DNA of 64,000 bases from an uncultured Chloroflexia bacterium (GTDB taxonomy: Bacteria; Chloroflexota; Limnocylindria; Limnocylindrales; CSP1-4): contig CAVVCZ010000005.1 in NCBI GenBank assembly GCA_963746845.1, forward strand, positions 1-64,000, in the 5' to 3' direction. How positions within the stretch are numbered: the first letter of the stretch is position 1; every line of letters starts with the position of its first letter. The translations under genes were made by a program, and so were the position numbers. Of the stretch, positions 55,379-64,000 are shown one piece after another. The notes under the pieces are model-generated. The model had not been told where the DNA came from, did not search any database, and was given only the letters and a program-made list of their open reading frames with translations.

Positions 55379-56137
55379 TCAGGCGGTCGGCCGGCCCCCG
55401 TACCGCGCGTTCGGCGGCTCGAGGATCGCCCGCTGGCGCTCGGTCAGGCCGGGGTACCGATCGCGGTCGTAGAACCGCGCCGACCACGCGATCGGGTGCG
55501 GGTTGTACTTCATGAACACCGTCCGCCGCTCGCCGGTGCCGCGCCACGGCAGGGTGCCGTGGGACATCGCCTCGGTGAACACGATCGCCGTGCCGGCCGC
55601 GCCGGTGACGGGGGTCACGAACGAGCGGGGCGGGTCGACCTCGAGCTCCTTCCAGTCCTCCGGCAGCGCGAAGTTCGCCTTGTGGCTGCCGGCGACGCCG
55701 GCGAACCCACCGTCGCCCGGGTTCACGTCGCGCAGGTTGTAGGCGACGACGACGAGCCCCGAGCGGATCGCGCCGTCATGGACGGCGTAGGACTGGCCGG
55801 CATCGAACGGGGTGGCGCCGCCGTGGAGCCTCGTCCCGATCGGACCCCTGCCCCGCCGGATCAGGTCGGCGTAGTCGTGGTCCAGCCGGAACCCGGCGCC
55901 GAGGATCGCCTCGAGGACATCCGTGACCCTCGGGTTGTCGATCAGGTTCAGCCAGGCCGGTCCCCATTCGAGGATGTCGCCGAACCGGTGGCTGTTCGCG
56001 TCCGGGGCGACGTCGGCCGCGACGCGGCGGTCGAACTCGGCGTTCAGCTCGGCGACCCGGCCCGGGTCGAGGGCGCCCGGGATCGTGATCCAGCCCTGCA
56101 GGTCGAACAGGTAGCGCTGGTCGTCGTCCAACGTCAC
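55379..56137 (-). CDS. phytanoyl-CoA dioxygenase (PhyH) family Fe(II)/2-oxoglutarate enzyme
   Basis: YLFDLQGW, LHGG, GDGGF..V.GSHK, AG..IVFTEA..HGTLPW, ERR. Confidence 0.78.
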   Translation of the reverse strand: MTLDDDQRYLFDLQGWITIPGALDPGRVAELNAEFDRRVAADVAPDANSHRFGDILEWGPAWLNLIDNPRVTDVLEAILGAGFRLDHDYADLIRRGRGPIGTRLHGGATPFDAGQSYAVHDGAIRSGLVVVAYNLRDVNPGDGGFAGVAGSHKANFALPEDWKELEVDPPRSFVTPVTGAAGTAIVFTEAMSHGTLPWRGTGERRTVFMKYNPHPIAWSARFYDRDRYPGLTERQRAILEPPNARYGGRPTA

Positions 56138-56141
56138 GCCG

Positions 56142-56531
56142 TCAGCCCTTGCGCTCCAGGATCGGGCGGGCCTTGTCCGGGTCGTCGACGACGAACGCGA
56201 ACATCGCCCGGTCGCCCCACCGGCCGAGGAAGAGGTGGCCGTAGATGTTGACGCCGGCGTCGGCCAGCTCGCGTGACAGACGCGCCATGCCGCCGGGCCG
56301 GTCATCGACCTCGGTCAGGATCGACTCGCCCTCGATGAACGTGTAGCCGCCGTCCTGGAGGACGGCGCGGGCCGCGTCGTCGTCGGCGGTCGTCATGATG
56401 ATGTGGCCGGACCCGCCGATCCCGCCGCCCCCGATCGCGCGGAGGTCGATCCCGCGCGCGGCCAGCATCTCGGCGAGGTTGGCGAGGGCGCCGGGTTCGT
56501 TCTTCAGCTCGACGACGAACTGGTTGGCCAT
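56142..56531 (-). CDS. tandem ACT domain protein
   Basis: LKNEPGALA...L...GIDL and VDDRPGGMA..S..L..AGVNI; RBS GGAGG. Confidence 0.82.
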   Translation of the reverse strand: MANQFVVELKNEPGALANLAEMLAARGIDLRAIGGGGIGGSGHIIMTTADDDAARAVLQDGGYTFIEGESILTEVDDRPGGMARLSRELADAGVNIYGHLFLGRWGDRAMFAFVVDDPDKARPILERKG

Positions 56532-56608
56532 CGGGGACCCTCCGGGGCACGGGCCGCGTGCACGGTCGTTGGTTGCCCGGGGATTTTAGTCGTTGCCCGG
56601 GCGCCGGC

Positions 56609-58090
56609 TCAGCCCCGGCGGATCCGGACCGCGCGCTCGTACAGCTCCGCGTAGCGGGGTGCGGAGCCCCGGTCCCAGTCGAAGTCGACCGCCATCCCCC
56701 GGCCGATCAGCGCGTCCCACGTGGGGCCGCCACGCGCCCGCAACGCGATCGCGGCCTCGCATGCCTCGGCCAGAGCGTCCGGTGTCGCGTCGTCGAAGAC
56801 GAAGCCAGTCCCCGTCCCGGGCCGCGTTCGCTGGTCGACGACGGTGTCGGCCAGGCCACCCGTCCGGCGGACGACCGGCGGCGTCCCGTACCGGAGCGAG
56901 ATCATCTGGCCGGTCCCGCACGGCTCGAACCGCGACGGCATCAGGAAGAAGTCGGCGCCGGCATAAATCCGGCGGGCCATCGCCCGGTCGAACCGCTCGA
57001 CGAGCGCCACGCGATCCGGTTGCGCCGCGGCGAGGTCCCGGAGCGCCGCCGCGATCGATCGGTCGCCGGAGCCCTGGACGACGATCCGGGCACCCGCGCC
57101 CACGAGCCGCGGCGCGGCAGCGGCGAGCAGGTCGAACCCCTTCTGCGGATCCAGCCGCCCGATCATCCCCAGGACGGCGCCGTCGTCCGCGGGGTCGAAC
57201 CCGAGCCGCGTCAGGAGGTCCGCCCGACAGGCGGCCCGGCCGCTCCGGTCCGCGACGGAGTACGGCGCGGCGAGGTCCGCGTCGGTCGCCGGGTCCCAGA
57301 GGACGGTGTCGAGCCCGTTGACGATCCCGACGAACCGGTCGCCCTTCGCCCGGAGGGCATCGTCGAGCCCGAACCCGCGCTCCGGCGTCAGCGACTCGCG
57401 GGCGAACCCGGGGCTGACGGTGTTGGCGACCTCGGAGCGGACGATCGCCTCCCGGATGAGGTCGACCCCGTGGGCGTCCTCCGGGATCACGCCGCCACCC
57501 GGGACGAGCCCGAGCTGGCGGACGAGCGCCCGGTCCGTCCAGCCGTGGTATGCGAGGTTGTGGAGCGTGACCACCAGCGCCGCTCGCCCGATGACCGGAT
57601 CGTCGGCGAGCCAGGCGTCGCGCTGGATCGCGGCCGGTCCGCCGTGCCAGTCGTGGATGTGGAGGACGTCGACCGGTCGATCGCCCTCCGTGCGGAGCGT
57701 CTCGAGCGCCGCCCGGCAGAGCAGGCCGAACCGCCACGCGTTGTCGCCGAAGTCGCCGCCGGTCGGCGGCCCATACATCCCGTCCCGGTCGAAGGCCGCC
57801 GGGTGATCGACGAGTCGGAGTCGGTAGCCGTTCGCGGCGACGTCGACGATCCGGAGCTCGGTCGTGCCGTCCGGGGCGAGCGCATCCGGCACGCGCACGG
57901 TCCGGCCGCCGGCCGTCCCGTCGGGGACGACGACGCTCCGGTATCGGGGCAGGAAGACATCGACCGGCGCGTCGATGGCCGCCGGGAGCCGGCCGAGGCT
58001 CCGCGACAGCGCGTCGACGACGTCGCCCAGCCCGCCGGTCTTGGCCCACGGCTCGCACTCGGCGGCGATCATCGCGACGCGCAGCGGCAT
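56609..58090 (-). CDS. glgA: glycogen synthase (GT5)
   Basis: KTGGLGDV, HIHDWH, TLHNLAYHG, GIVNGLD, RLDPQKG, MPSRFEPCG, TGGLADTV. Confidence 0.93.
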   Translation of the reverse strand: MPLRVAMIAAECEPWAKTGGLGDVVDALSRSLGRLPAAIDAPVDVFLPRYRSVVVPDGTAGGRTVRVPDALAPDGTTELRIVDVAANGYRLRLVDHPAAFDRDGMYGPPTGGDFGDNAWRFGLLCRAALETLRTEGDRPVDVLHIHDWHGGPAAIQRDAWLADDPVIGRAALVVTLHNLAYHGWTDRALVRQLGLVPGGGVIPEDAHGVDLIREAIVRSEVANTVSPGFARESLTPERGFGLDDALRAKGDRFVGIVNGLDTVLWDPATDADLAAPYSVADRSGRAACRADLLTRLGFDPADDGAVLGMIGRLDPQKGFDLLAAAAPRLVGAGARIVVQGSGDRSIAAALRDLAAAQPDRVALVERFDRAMARRIYAGADFFLMPSRFEPCGTGQMISLRYGTPPVVRRTGGLADTVVDQRTRPGTGTGFVFDDATPDALAEACEAAIALRARGGPTWDALIGRGMAVDFDWDRGSAPRYAELYERAVRIRRG

Positions 58091-58178
58091 CGGGCCATCG
58101 TAGACGGCTCCCGGGCCCGCGTTGCGCCCGTCGTTTGAACCGGTTCACCGCCCAAACCAGCGGCTATCATGCGTGGCC

Positions 58179-60401
58179 ATGCCGTCGCGCATCCTCATCC
58201 CGACGCTGCCGGGCGCGTCGTTCCGCCTCCCGCCGCAGCTCGAGGGGCTCCGTCCGCTCGCCTACAACCTGTACTGGGCGTGGCACCCACGCGCACGGAT
58301 GATCTGGAGCCGGGTCGACCGGGCGACGTGGACCCGCCATCGCAACCCGATCCCGGTCCTCAGCGGGCCGGTCGACTGGACCCGCCTCCTCGACGACACG
58401 AGCTTCATGGTCGACGTCCGGGCCGTTCTCCGCGACTTCGAGCGGTACATGTCGAACGGCGCGGACCGCTGGTTCGAGCGCCACCATGCGGGCTCGCTGC
58501 CCGGGCCCATCGCCTACTTCTGCGCCGAGTACGGGCTGTCGGAGGCGCTCGGGATCTACTCCGGCGGTCTCGGGGTCCTGGCCGGCGACCACATGAAGAC
58601 GACGTCGGACATGGCGCTGCCGTTCGTCGGCGTCGGGCTCCTGTATCGCCACGGGTACTTCCACCAGACGATCGACGCCGACGGTCACCAGGAGCACCAG
58701 TATCCGGACTACGACATGCGCACCTGGCCCATCGGACGGGTCCAGGGTCGCGATGGCGAGCCGCTGAAGGTCACCGTGGCGCTCCCGGGCCGCGACCTGC
58801 AGGTCGCCGTCTGGTCGGTCCAGGTGGGCCGGACGCCGGTCCTCCTCCTCGACACCGACATCCCGGAGAACGACGACGCCGACCGGCCGATCTCGAACAT
58901 CCTGTACGTCCGCGGCCGGGAGATGCGCCTCCACCAGGAGCTCGTCCTCGGCGTCGGCGGCGTCCGGGTGCTCCGGGCCCTCGGCATCGAGCCGGCGGTC
59001 TGGCACCTGAACGAGGGCCACTCGGCGTTCCTGCTCGCGGAGCGCGCGCGAGAGTTCGTTGCGTCGGGCGACGAGCTGGCCGCGGCCTGGGACAAGGTCC
59101 GCCGCGACAGCGTCTTCACGATCCACACCCCGGTCTCCGCGGGGAACGAACGCTTCGCCGCGGACCTCGTCAAACGGATCGCGGGACCGCTCCTCGACGG
59201 CGACGGCCGGGCCCAGACGGGCGGCGTCCCCATCGACGCGGTGCTGGACCTCGGCATCGGCCCCGAGGGCGACCGGTCCGTCTTCGACATGACCGGGTTC
59301 TCGCTCCGGCTCACGCACGACGCGAACGCCGTCAGCCAGCTCCACGCGACGACCGCGGACGCCACGTGGGCGGGCATCTCGCCGCATCGGATCCGGGGTG
59401 TCACGAACGGCATCCACGTCCCGTCGTGGACCGGCAACGCCGTGGGCGAGACGCTCGGCCGTGAGCTCGACGCGAACCTCGACGACCTCGACGAGGAGGG
59501 CGCGGTCGGGGCGTTCTGGGATCGGCTCTCGGAGGTCTCGACTGCGGACCTGTGGGAGACGCACCAGCGCGAGAAGCTCGAGCTGGCGATCTTCGCCCGC
59601 CGCCGGCTACGGGTCCAGTTCGCCCGGCACGGCGAGGCGCCGAGCGTCCTCGATGACCTCGAGTCGGCCCTGGACCCGGACATGCTGACGATCGGGTTCG
59701 CCCGGCGGTTCGCGACCTACAAGCGCGCCGGGCTGCTCTTCTCCGATCTCGACCGGCTCAGCCGGATCCTGTGGGACGCGGACCGACCGGTCCAGATCGT
59801 CTACGCCGGCAAGGCGCACCCGGCGGACCGGCCCGGCCAGGGGGTGATCCAGGAGATCTTCACGCGATCCCGTTCGGAGAAGCTGCGCGGCCGGGTCTTC
59901 ATCCTCGAGGACTACGACATGCGGATCGCCCGCTACCTGGTCGCGGGCGTGGATGTCTGGCTCAACAACCCGCGCCGGCCCCTCGAGGCATCCGGCACGA
60001 GCGGGATGAAGGCCGGGGTCAACGGCGTCGTCAACGTCAGCGTCCTCGACGGCTGGTGGGACGAGGGCTGGACCGGCGACAACGGCTGGGCGATCGGCGG
60101 CCGGGAGACGAACCCGGACGAGGGCGCCCAGGACTGGTCGGACGTGCAGAACCTGTACCGGCTGCTCGAGGAGGAGATCGTCCCGCGCTACTACGAGCGC
60201 GACGCGGACGGGCTGCCCGTGGCATGGGTCGACCTCATGCGGCGCTCGATGGCATCCACGATCTGGCGCTTTTCGACGACGCGGATGCTCCACGACTACG
60301 TCGAGCAGATGTACCTCCCGGCCGCGGAGGCAGGTCAGGAGGATGTCGTCCCGGACGGCGCGGGCGCGTCGTCGGTCCTTCCGTCCACGAAGCGGGGCTG
60401 A
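58179..60401 (+). CDS. glgP: alpha-glucan (glycogen/maltodextrin) phosphorylase
   Basis: AYFCAEYG, YSGGLGVLAGDH, HLNEGH, GFARRFATYKR, GKAHPAD, EASGTSGMK, SVLDGWW. Confidence 0.93.
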   Translation: MPSRILIPTLPGASFRLPPQLEGLRPLAYNLYWAWHPRARMIWSRVDRATWTRHRNPIPVLSGPVDWTRLLDDTSFMVDVRAVLRDFERYMSNGADRWFERHHAGSLPGPIAYFCAEYGLSEALGIYSGGLGVLAGDHMKTTSDMALPFVGVGLLYRHGYFHQTIDADGHQEHQYPDYDMRTWPIGRVQGRDGEPLKVTVALPGRDLQVAVWSVQVGRTPVLLLDTDIPENDDADRPISNILYVRGREMRLHQELVLGVGGVRVLRALGIEPAVWHLNEGHSAFLLAERAREFVASGDELAAAWDKVRRDSVFTIHTPVSAGNERFAADLVKRIAGPLLDGDGRAQTGGVPIDAVLDLGIGPEGDRSVFDMTGFSLRLTHDANAVSQLHATTADATWAGISPHRIRGVTNGIHVPSWTGNAVGETLGRELDANLDDLDEEGAVGAFWDRLSEVSTADLWETHQREKLELAIFARRRLRVQFARHGEAPSVLDDLESALDPDMLTIGFARRFATYKRAGLLFSDLDRLSRILWDADRPVQIVYAGKAHPADRPGQGVIQEIFTRSRSEKLRGRVFILEDYDMRIARYLVAGVDVWLNNPRRPLEASGTSGMKAGVNGVVNVSVLDGWWDEGWTGDNGWAIGGRETNPDEGAQDWSDVQNLYRLLEEEIVPRYYERDADGLPVAWVDLMRRSMASTIWRFSTTRMLHDYVEQMYLPAAEAGQEDVVPDGAGASSVLPSTKRG

Positions 60402-60410
60402 TCCGACCGG

Positions 60411-61880
60411 TCAAACGAGGACGAGGGCCGATTGCGGCGGCAGCTCGATCGTCGTGCCGGTCAGCGTGCCCGCCGCCATCCCGGGGAGCGCCAGCGGCTC
60501 GAGGCCGACCGTCGCCCGTGCCTCGACGTCCAGGCGTGCCGGCTCGCGCGCTGCGTTGATGGCGACGATGGCCCGGTCTCCGTCGGATTCGCGGGCGATC
60601 ACGATGGCGCTCCCGGCCGCGGCCACGACCCGGGCCGATCCCCGGCGGAGCGCGCGATGGCCGTGGCGCGCGTGGACGACTGCGCGGACGAATGCGCGGT
60701 GGGCGATCGCCCCCTCGTCGGGTGTCGTCGGGTACGCCCGCCGGCAGTCCGGATCGGCCCCACCCTCCATCGCGAGCTCGTCGCCGTAATAGAGGGAGGG
60801 CGCACCGGGCAGCGTGAGCAGCAGCAGCGTGGCGAGACGGAGCGCTGCCGTGTCACCGCCGAGGATCGTTCGCGCCCGCGGCGTGTCGTGGCTGCCGATG
60901 AGGTTGAACTGGGCCGCGACGACGGCCGGATCGTGCAGATCCAGCAGCTCGTGCAGGCGGCCCGCGAAGGCGACCGCGTCGAGCGGGTGCAGGAACCTCG
61001 CGTAGTCGGCCTGGCTCGCGACGGCAGCGCGATCCAGCTCGCCGGCGCTGGCGAAGCCGAGGATCGCGATCCCGAGCGGATAGTGCATCAACGCGTCGAA
61101 TCGATCGCCGAGGAGCCACTCCGGCGACTCGGTCCAGATCTCGCCGACGAGGTAGGCCTCCGGATTGACGGCCCGAACCCGCTGACGGAACTCCGGCCAG
61201 AAGGTCGGGTCCTCGATCTCGGCGGCGACGTCCAGACGCCAGCCGTCGATCCCGGCGCGGAGCCAGTGCTCCGCCACGTCGAAGAGGTACGCGCGGGCGG
61301 CCTGATGCTCCACGCGGATCTTCGGCAGCGAAGACACATTCCACCACGAGGCATAGCCCGCCGCGGCGATCCCGGCGTGGCCACCCTCCCGATAGGCGTC
61401 GATGCCACGGCGGCCGGCGAGGACCTCCGGGTCGAGGTAGAACCAATCGCGGTACGGCGACTGGATGCCGTTCTCGAGCAGGTGCTGGAACGGCCAGAAG
61501 CCCCGCCCCGCGTGGTTGAAGACGCCATCCAGGACGATGCGGATGCCACGACCACGGGCGGCATCGAGGAGCTCGCGCAGCGCCGCGTCCCCACCGAGCA
61601 GCGGATCGACCGAGAAGTAGTCGTAGGCGTTGTAGCGGTGGTTCGAAGCGGCACTGAAGATCGGGTTCAGGTAGATCCCGGTGATCCCGAGGTCGACGAG
61701 ATCGTCCAGGCGACCCGCGACGCCGTACAGGTCGCCGCCCTTGAACCCGAAGTGCGTCGGCGACACGTCCCACGCTTCGAGAGGCCCCGGCGGCGGGACC
61801 CGGCCGCTCCTCGCCAACCGGTCCGGGAAGACCTGGTAGAAGACGGTGTCGGGCACCCAGGACGGAACGTCGATCGGCAT
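60411..61880 (-). CDS. GH13 cyclomaltodextrinase/neopullulanase-like glycosidase
   Basis: YQVFPDR, GGDL.G, SNHRY, LDGVFNH, DGWRLDVA, VGEIW, GSHD, DPDCRR. Confidence 0.88.
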   Translation of the reverse strand: MPIDVPSWVPDTVFYQVFPDRLARSGRVPPPGPLEAWDVSPTHFGFKGGDLYGVAGRLDDLVDLGITGIYLNPIFSAASNHRYNAYDYFSVDPLLGGDAALRELLDAARGRGIRIVLDGVFNHAGRGFWPFQHLLENGIQSPYRDWFYLDPEVLAGRRGIDAYREGGHAGIAAAGYASWWNVSSLPKIRVEHQAARAYLFDVAEHWLRAGIDGWRLDVAAEIEDPTFWPEFRQRVRAVNPEAYLVGEIWTESPEWLLGDRFDALMHYPLGIAILGFASAGELDRAAVASQADYARFLHPLDAVAFAGRLHELLDLHDPAVVAAQFNLIGSHDTPRARTILGGDTAALRLATLLLLTLPGAPSLYYGDELAMEGGADPDCRRAYPTTPDEGAIAHRAFVRAVVHARHGHRALRRGSARVVAAAGSAIVIARESDGDRAIVAINAAREPARLDVEARATVGLEPLALPGMAAGTLTGTTIELPPQSALVLV

Positions 61881-61911
61881 TCGGGGGGCTCCTTGGGTCG
61901 AGCCGAGCGGC

Positions 61912-63627
61912 TCAGGGCTGGAAGGTGATCACGATGGTCGACTGCGGGGCGATGGTCGGCACCGGCCGGTAGGCGGCGAAGCCGCCGGTCGACGTCACGC
62001 TCGGCGCCACGACCGCGCTGCTCCCGCCGAAGACCTCCGTCGCCGCGGGTGAGCCGCAGAGCGGCCCGGCGGCGAGGGTCAGGGTGGGACTTGCGGGCGC
62101 GGTGGAGACGTTCGTGAGCACGAGCGCCGTCCCGTTCGGGGCGACGCGAAGCCGAGCGAGCACCCCCGCCGCGTCGCTGTCGACCGCGAGGGACGACCCC
62201 GTCTCGAGGGCCGGCTGCGTCTCGCGCAGCCGGAGGAGGTCACGGTAGCGCGACCAGAGGGAGCCCGGGTCCTCCAATTCGTCGGCGACATTGACGGCCG
62301 GCGGATCGTCGGAGAGCGCCTCCCACGGCGCGTGCGTGCTGAACCCGGCGGCCGGCGTCGAGGCGTCCCAACGCATCGGCGTCCGAATGCGCTCATCCGG
62401 CTTGGCCCCGCTCATCCCGATCTCCTCGCCGTAGTAGACGAACGGCACGCCCGGACCCGTCAGCAGCAGGTCCGCGGCGACGCGCATCTGGCCCGCGTCG
62501 CCGTGGAGCTGGCTCGCCACCCGGTCCATGTCGTGGTTCGACAGGAATGCCCCGAAGTCCGACCCGGCCGCAGCCCGGATCGACGACAGCCGCGTCAGCA
62601 GCCGCCCGAGTCCCGACGCGTCCCCGGTCTGGGCCGCGGTCAGGTAGCCGGTGTCGAGGGCGAAGTCGAACGTCAGGTCCAGGTCGTCGGGGACGTAGCT
62701 CGCGCTGACCTGGGGCAGGTCCCAGACCTCGCCGAGGAGCAGGGCGCCGGGCGTCTTCTCGTCGACGGCCGAGCGGAAGGTCTGCCACCACGCGTGCGTC
62801 TCGGGCGTGTTCTGGGTCTCCGCGCCATCCTCGACGAGGTATTTCGCCGCATCGAGCCTGAAGCCGTCGACGCCGACGTCGGTCAGCCAGTACTCGGCGT
62901 CTGCGGTCACCTCCGCGGTGACGTCCGGATTCCGCAGGTTCAGGTCCGGGAAGTCGGCACCGAACGCGGCGTAGTAGTAGCGGTCGCCGTCGGCCTGCCA
63001 GCCGTTGCCCTCGGGCTGGTTCGACCAGACGTACCAGTCCCTCTTCGGCCCCTTGCCCGTCCGCGACGAGACGAACCACGGATCCTCGATCGAGGTGTGG
63101 TTGAGGGGCAGGTCGAGGAGGACCGCGATGCCCCGCCGATGGGCCTCGCCGACGAGCGTCCGGAGGTCGCCGAGGGAGCCGTAGTCGGGGTTCACCGTGC
63201 GGTAGTCCGTGACGTCATAGCCGTGGTACGAGGGCGATGGGAACGTGGGCATCAGCCACAGCCCGGTGATCCCGAGATCGGTCGTCGTCGCGGGGTCGCC
63301 GTCGTTGAGCGCGTCGAGCTTCGCGGTCAGGCCGCGCAGGTCGCCGATCCCGTCGCCGTTGCTGTCGGCAAAGCTCCTGACGAAGACCTCGTAGAAGACG
63401 CGGTCACGCCACCAGCCGGGCTGCCCGAGTTGCGGCGGCGGGGCGATGGGCGGGAGCGGCGGGCAGGTGGGCGCCGCGTTCGCGACGGACGACGGGGTCG
63501 CGGGCGATCCTGCGGTCCCGACGACTGCCGACCCGGGCGGGGCGTTCGTCCCCGCGGGCGACGGCGATCCGCTCGATCCGCAAGCCGCGACGGCGAGCAG
63601 CGTGGCCGACAGTGCGGCCGAGCGCAC
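61912..63627 (-). CDS. GH13 alpha-amylase family lipoprotein
   Basis: Lipobox AVAAC; FYEVFVRSFADSNGDGIGDL, YHGYD, DGFRLDAAK, GEVW, SNHD, YYGEEIG; start GTG 63627 or TTG 63642. Confidence 0.87.
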   Translation of the reverse strand: MRSAALSATLLAVAACGSSGSPSPAGTNAPPGSAVVGTAGSPATPSSVANAAPTCPPLPPIAPPPQLGQPGWWRDRVFYEVFVRSFADSNGDGIGDLRGLTAKLDALNDGDPATTTDLGITGLWLMPTFPSPSYHGYDVTDYRTVNPDYGSLGDLRTLVGEAHRRGIAVLLDLPLNHTSIEDPWFVSSRTGKGPKRDWYVWSNQPEGNGWQADGDRYYYAAFGADFPDLNLRNPDVTAEVTADAEYWLTDVGVDGFRLDAAKYLVEDGAETQNTPETHAWWQTFRSAVDEKTPGALLLGEVWDLPQVSASYVPDDLDLTFDFALDTGYLTAAQTGDASGLGRLLTRLSSIRAAAGSDFGAFLSNHDMDRVASQLHGDAGQMRVAADLLLTGPGVPFVYYGEEIGMSGAKPDERIRTPMRWDASTPAAGFSTHAPWEALSDDPPAVNVADELEDPGSLWSRYRDLLRLRETQPALETGSSLAVDSDAAGVLARLRVAPNGTALVLTNVSTAPASPTLTLAAGPLCGSPAATEVFGGSSAVVAPSVTSTGGFAAYRPVPTIAPQSTIVITFQP

Positions 63628-63638
63628 CCGCCCCGGGA

Positions 63639-64000
63639 TCAACCCTTGACGCCGCCGATCGTCAGCCCCGAGACGATGTACCGCTGCAGGAAGAGGTAGA
63701 CGACCATCACGGGCAGGGCGAACAGGACCGCGAACGCCGCGAACACCGACCACGGCGTGCTGCCGGCGTACTGGCCGACGAGGGCATTGAGGGCGATCGC
63801 GAGCGTCCACTGGTTCGGGTCGCCGACGACGAACACCGACGCCATCAGGAACTCTGTCCAGCCGGCCACGAACCCGAAGAACGCCGTCACCGCGATGACC
63901 GGCGTCGCGAGCGGCAGGATGATGCTCCGGAAGATCCGGAAGTGGCCGGCCCCGTCGACCGTGGCTGCCTCCTCGAGCTCCTTCGGGATCGTGTCGAGGT
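63639..64000 (-). CDS. malG: maltose/maltodextrin ABC transporter permease (partial, runs off the right edge)
   Basis: LDTIPKELEEAATVDGA EAA motif, ILPLATP, W.EF..A, LQRYIVSGLT.GGVKG. Confidence 0.85.
   Translation of the reverse strand, partial: LDTIPKELEEAATVDGAGHFRIFRSIILPLATPVIAVTAFFGFVAGWTEFLMASVFVVGDPNQWTLAIALNALVGQYAGSTPWSVFAAFAVLFALPVMVVYLFLQRYIVSGLTIGGVKG

Noticed and set aside
56572-56601. Direct repeat GTTGCCCGGG x2 upstream of the ACT gene
   Set aside because: Two short GC-rich copies, no recognisable regulator or riboswitch; could be chance

Overview
A very GC-rich bacterial chromosome segment. Protein style and gene families are compatible with a Chloroflexota (Limnocylindria-like) or actinobacterial genome, but this is inference. 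From left to right: (1) 1-17.0 kb, a hydroquinone/3-oxoadipate catabolic locus. It holds a two-subunit hydroquinone 1,2-dioxygenase, an aldehyde dehydrogenase, an NTF2-fold protein, maleylacetate reductase, a Liv-type ABC importer, a CoA-transferase subunit and an IclR/PcaR regulator. A CoxD-like MoxR ATPase and a CoxE-like VWA gene bracket it. A tandem 15-bp palindromic operator with a 19-bp period occurs three times and links an unknown His-rich membrane protein and a quinone-oxidoreductase-like gene to the locus. (2) 17-29.5 kb, a class III aminotransferase and a P5C-type aldehyde dehydrogenase separated by a kdp block (split KdpD, KdpE, an extra receiver, two small membrane peptides, kdpABC) and a nested repeat element. 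(3) 29.7-41.6 kb, mixed genes including an M14 peptidase, fabI, an ABC exporter, a vapBC-type pair, an Rsm22-family gene, AhpD, DAGK and a dual-specificity phosphatase. (4) tRNA-Gly(TCC) with a 5.3-kb decayed integrative element that duplicates the 5' half of the tRNA. (5) An arsenic locus with a MerR-ArsC fusion behind a MerR-type promoter, arsR and arsM, but no arsB/acr3. (6) CYTH-Ppx and CYTH genes, a lipoprotein and a PhyH-family enzyme with an HxG motif. (7) Glycogen/maltodextrin genes. Many genes look leaderless. Two single-base frameshifts may be assembly errors. No CRISPR array or rRNA was seen. All family calls come from motif recognition by eye, not database searches.
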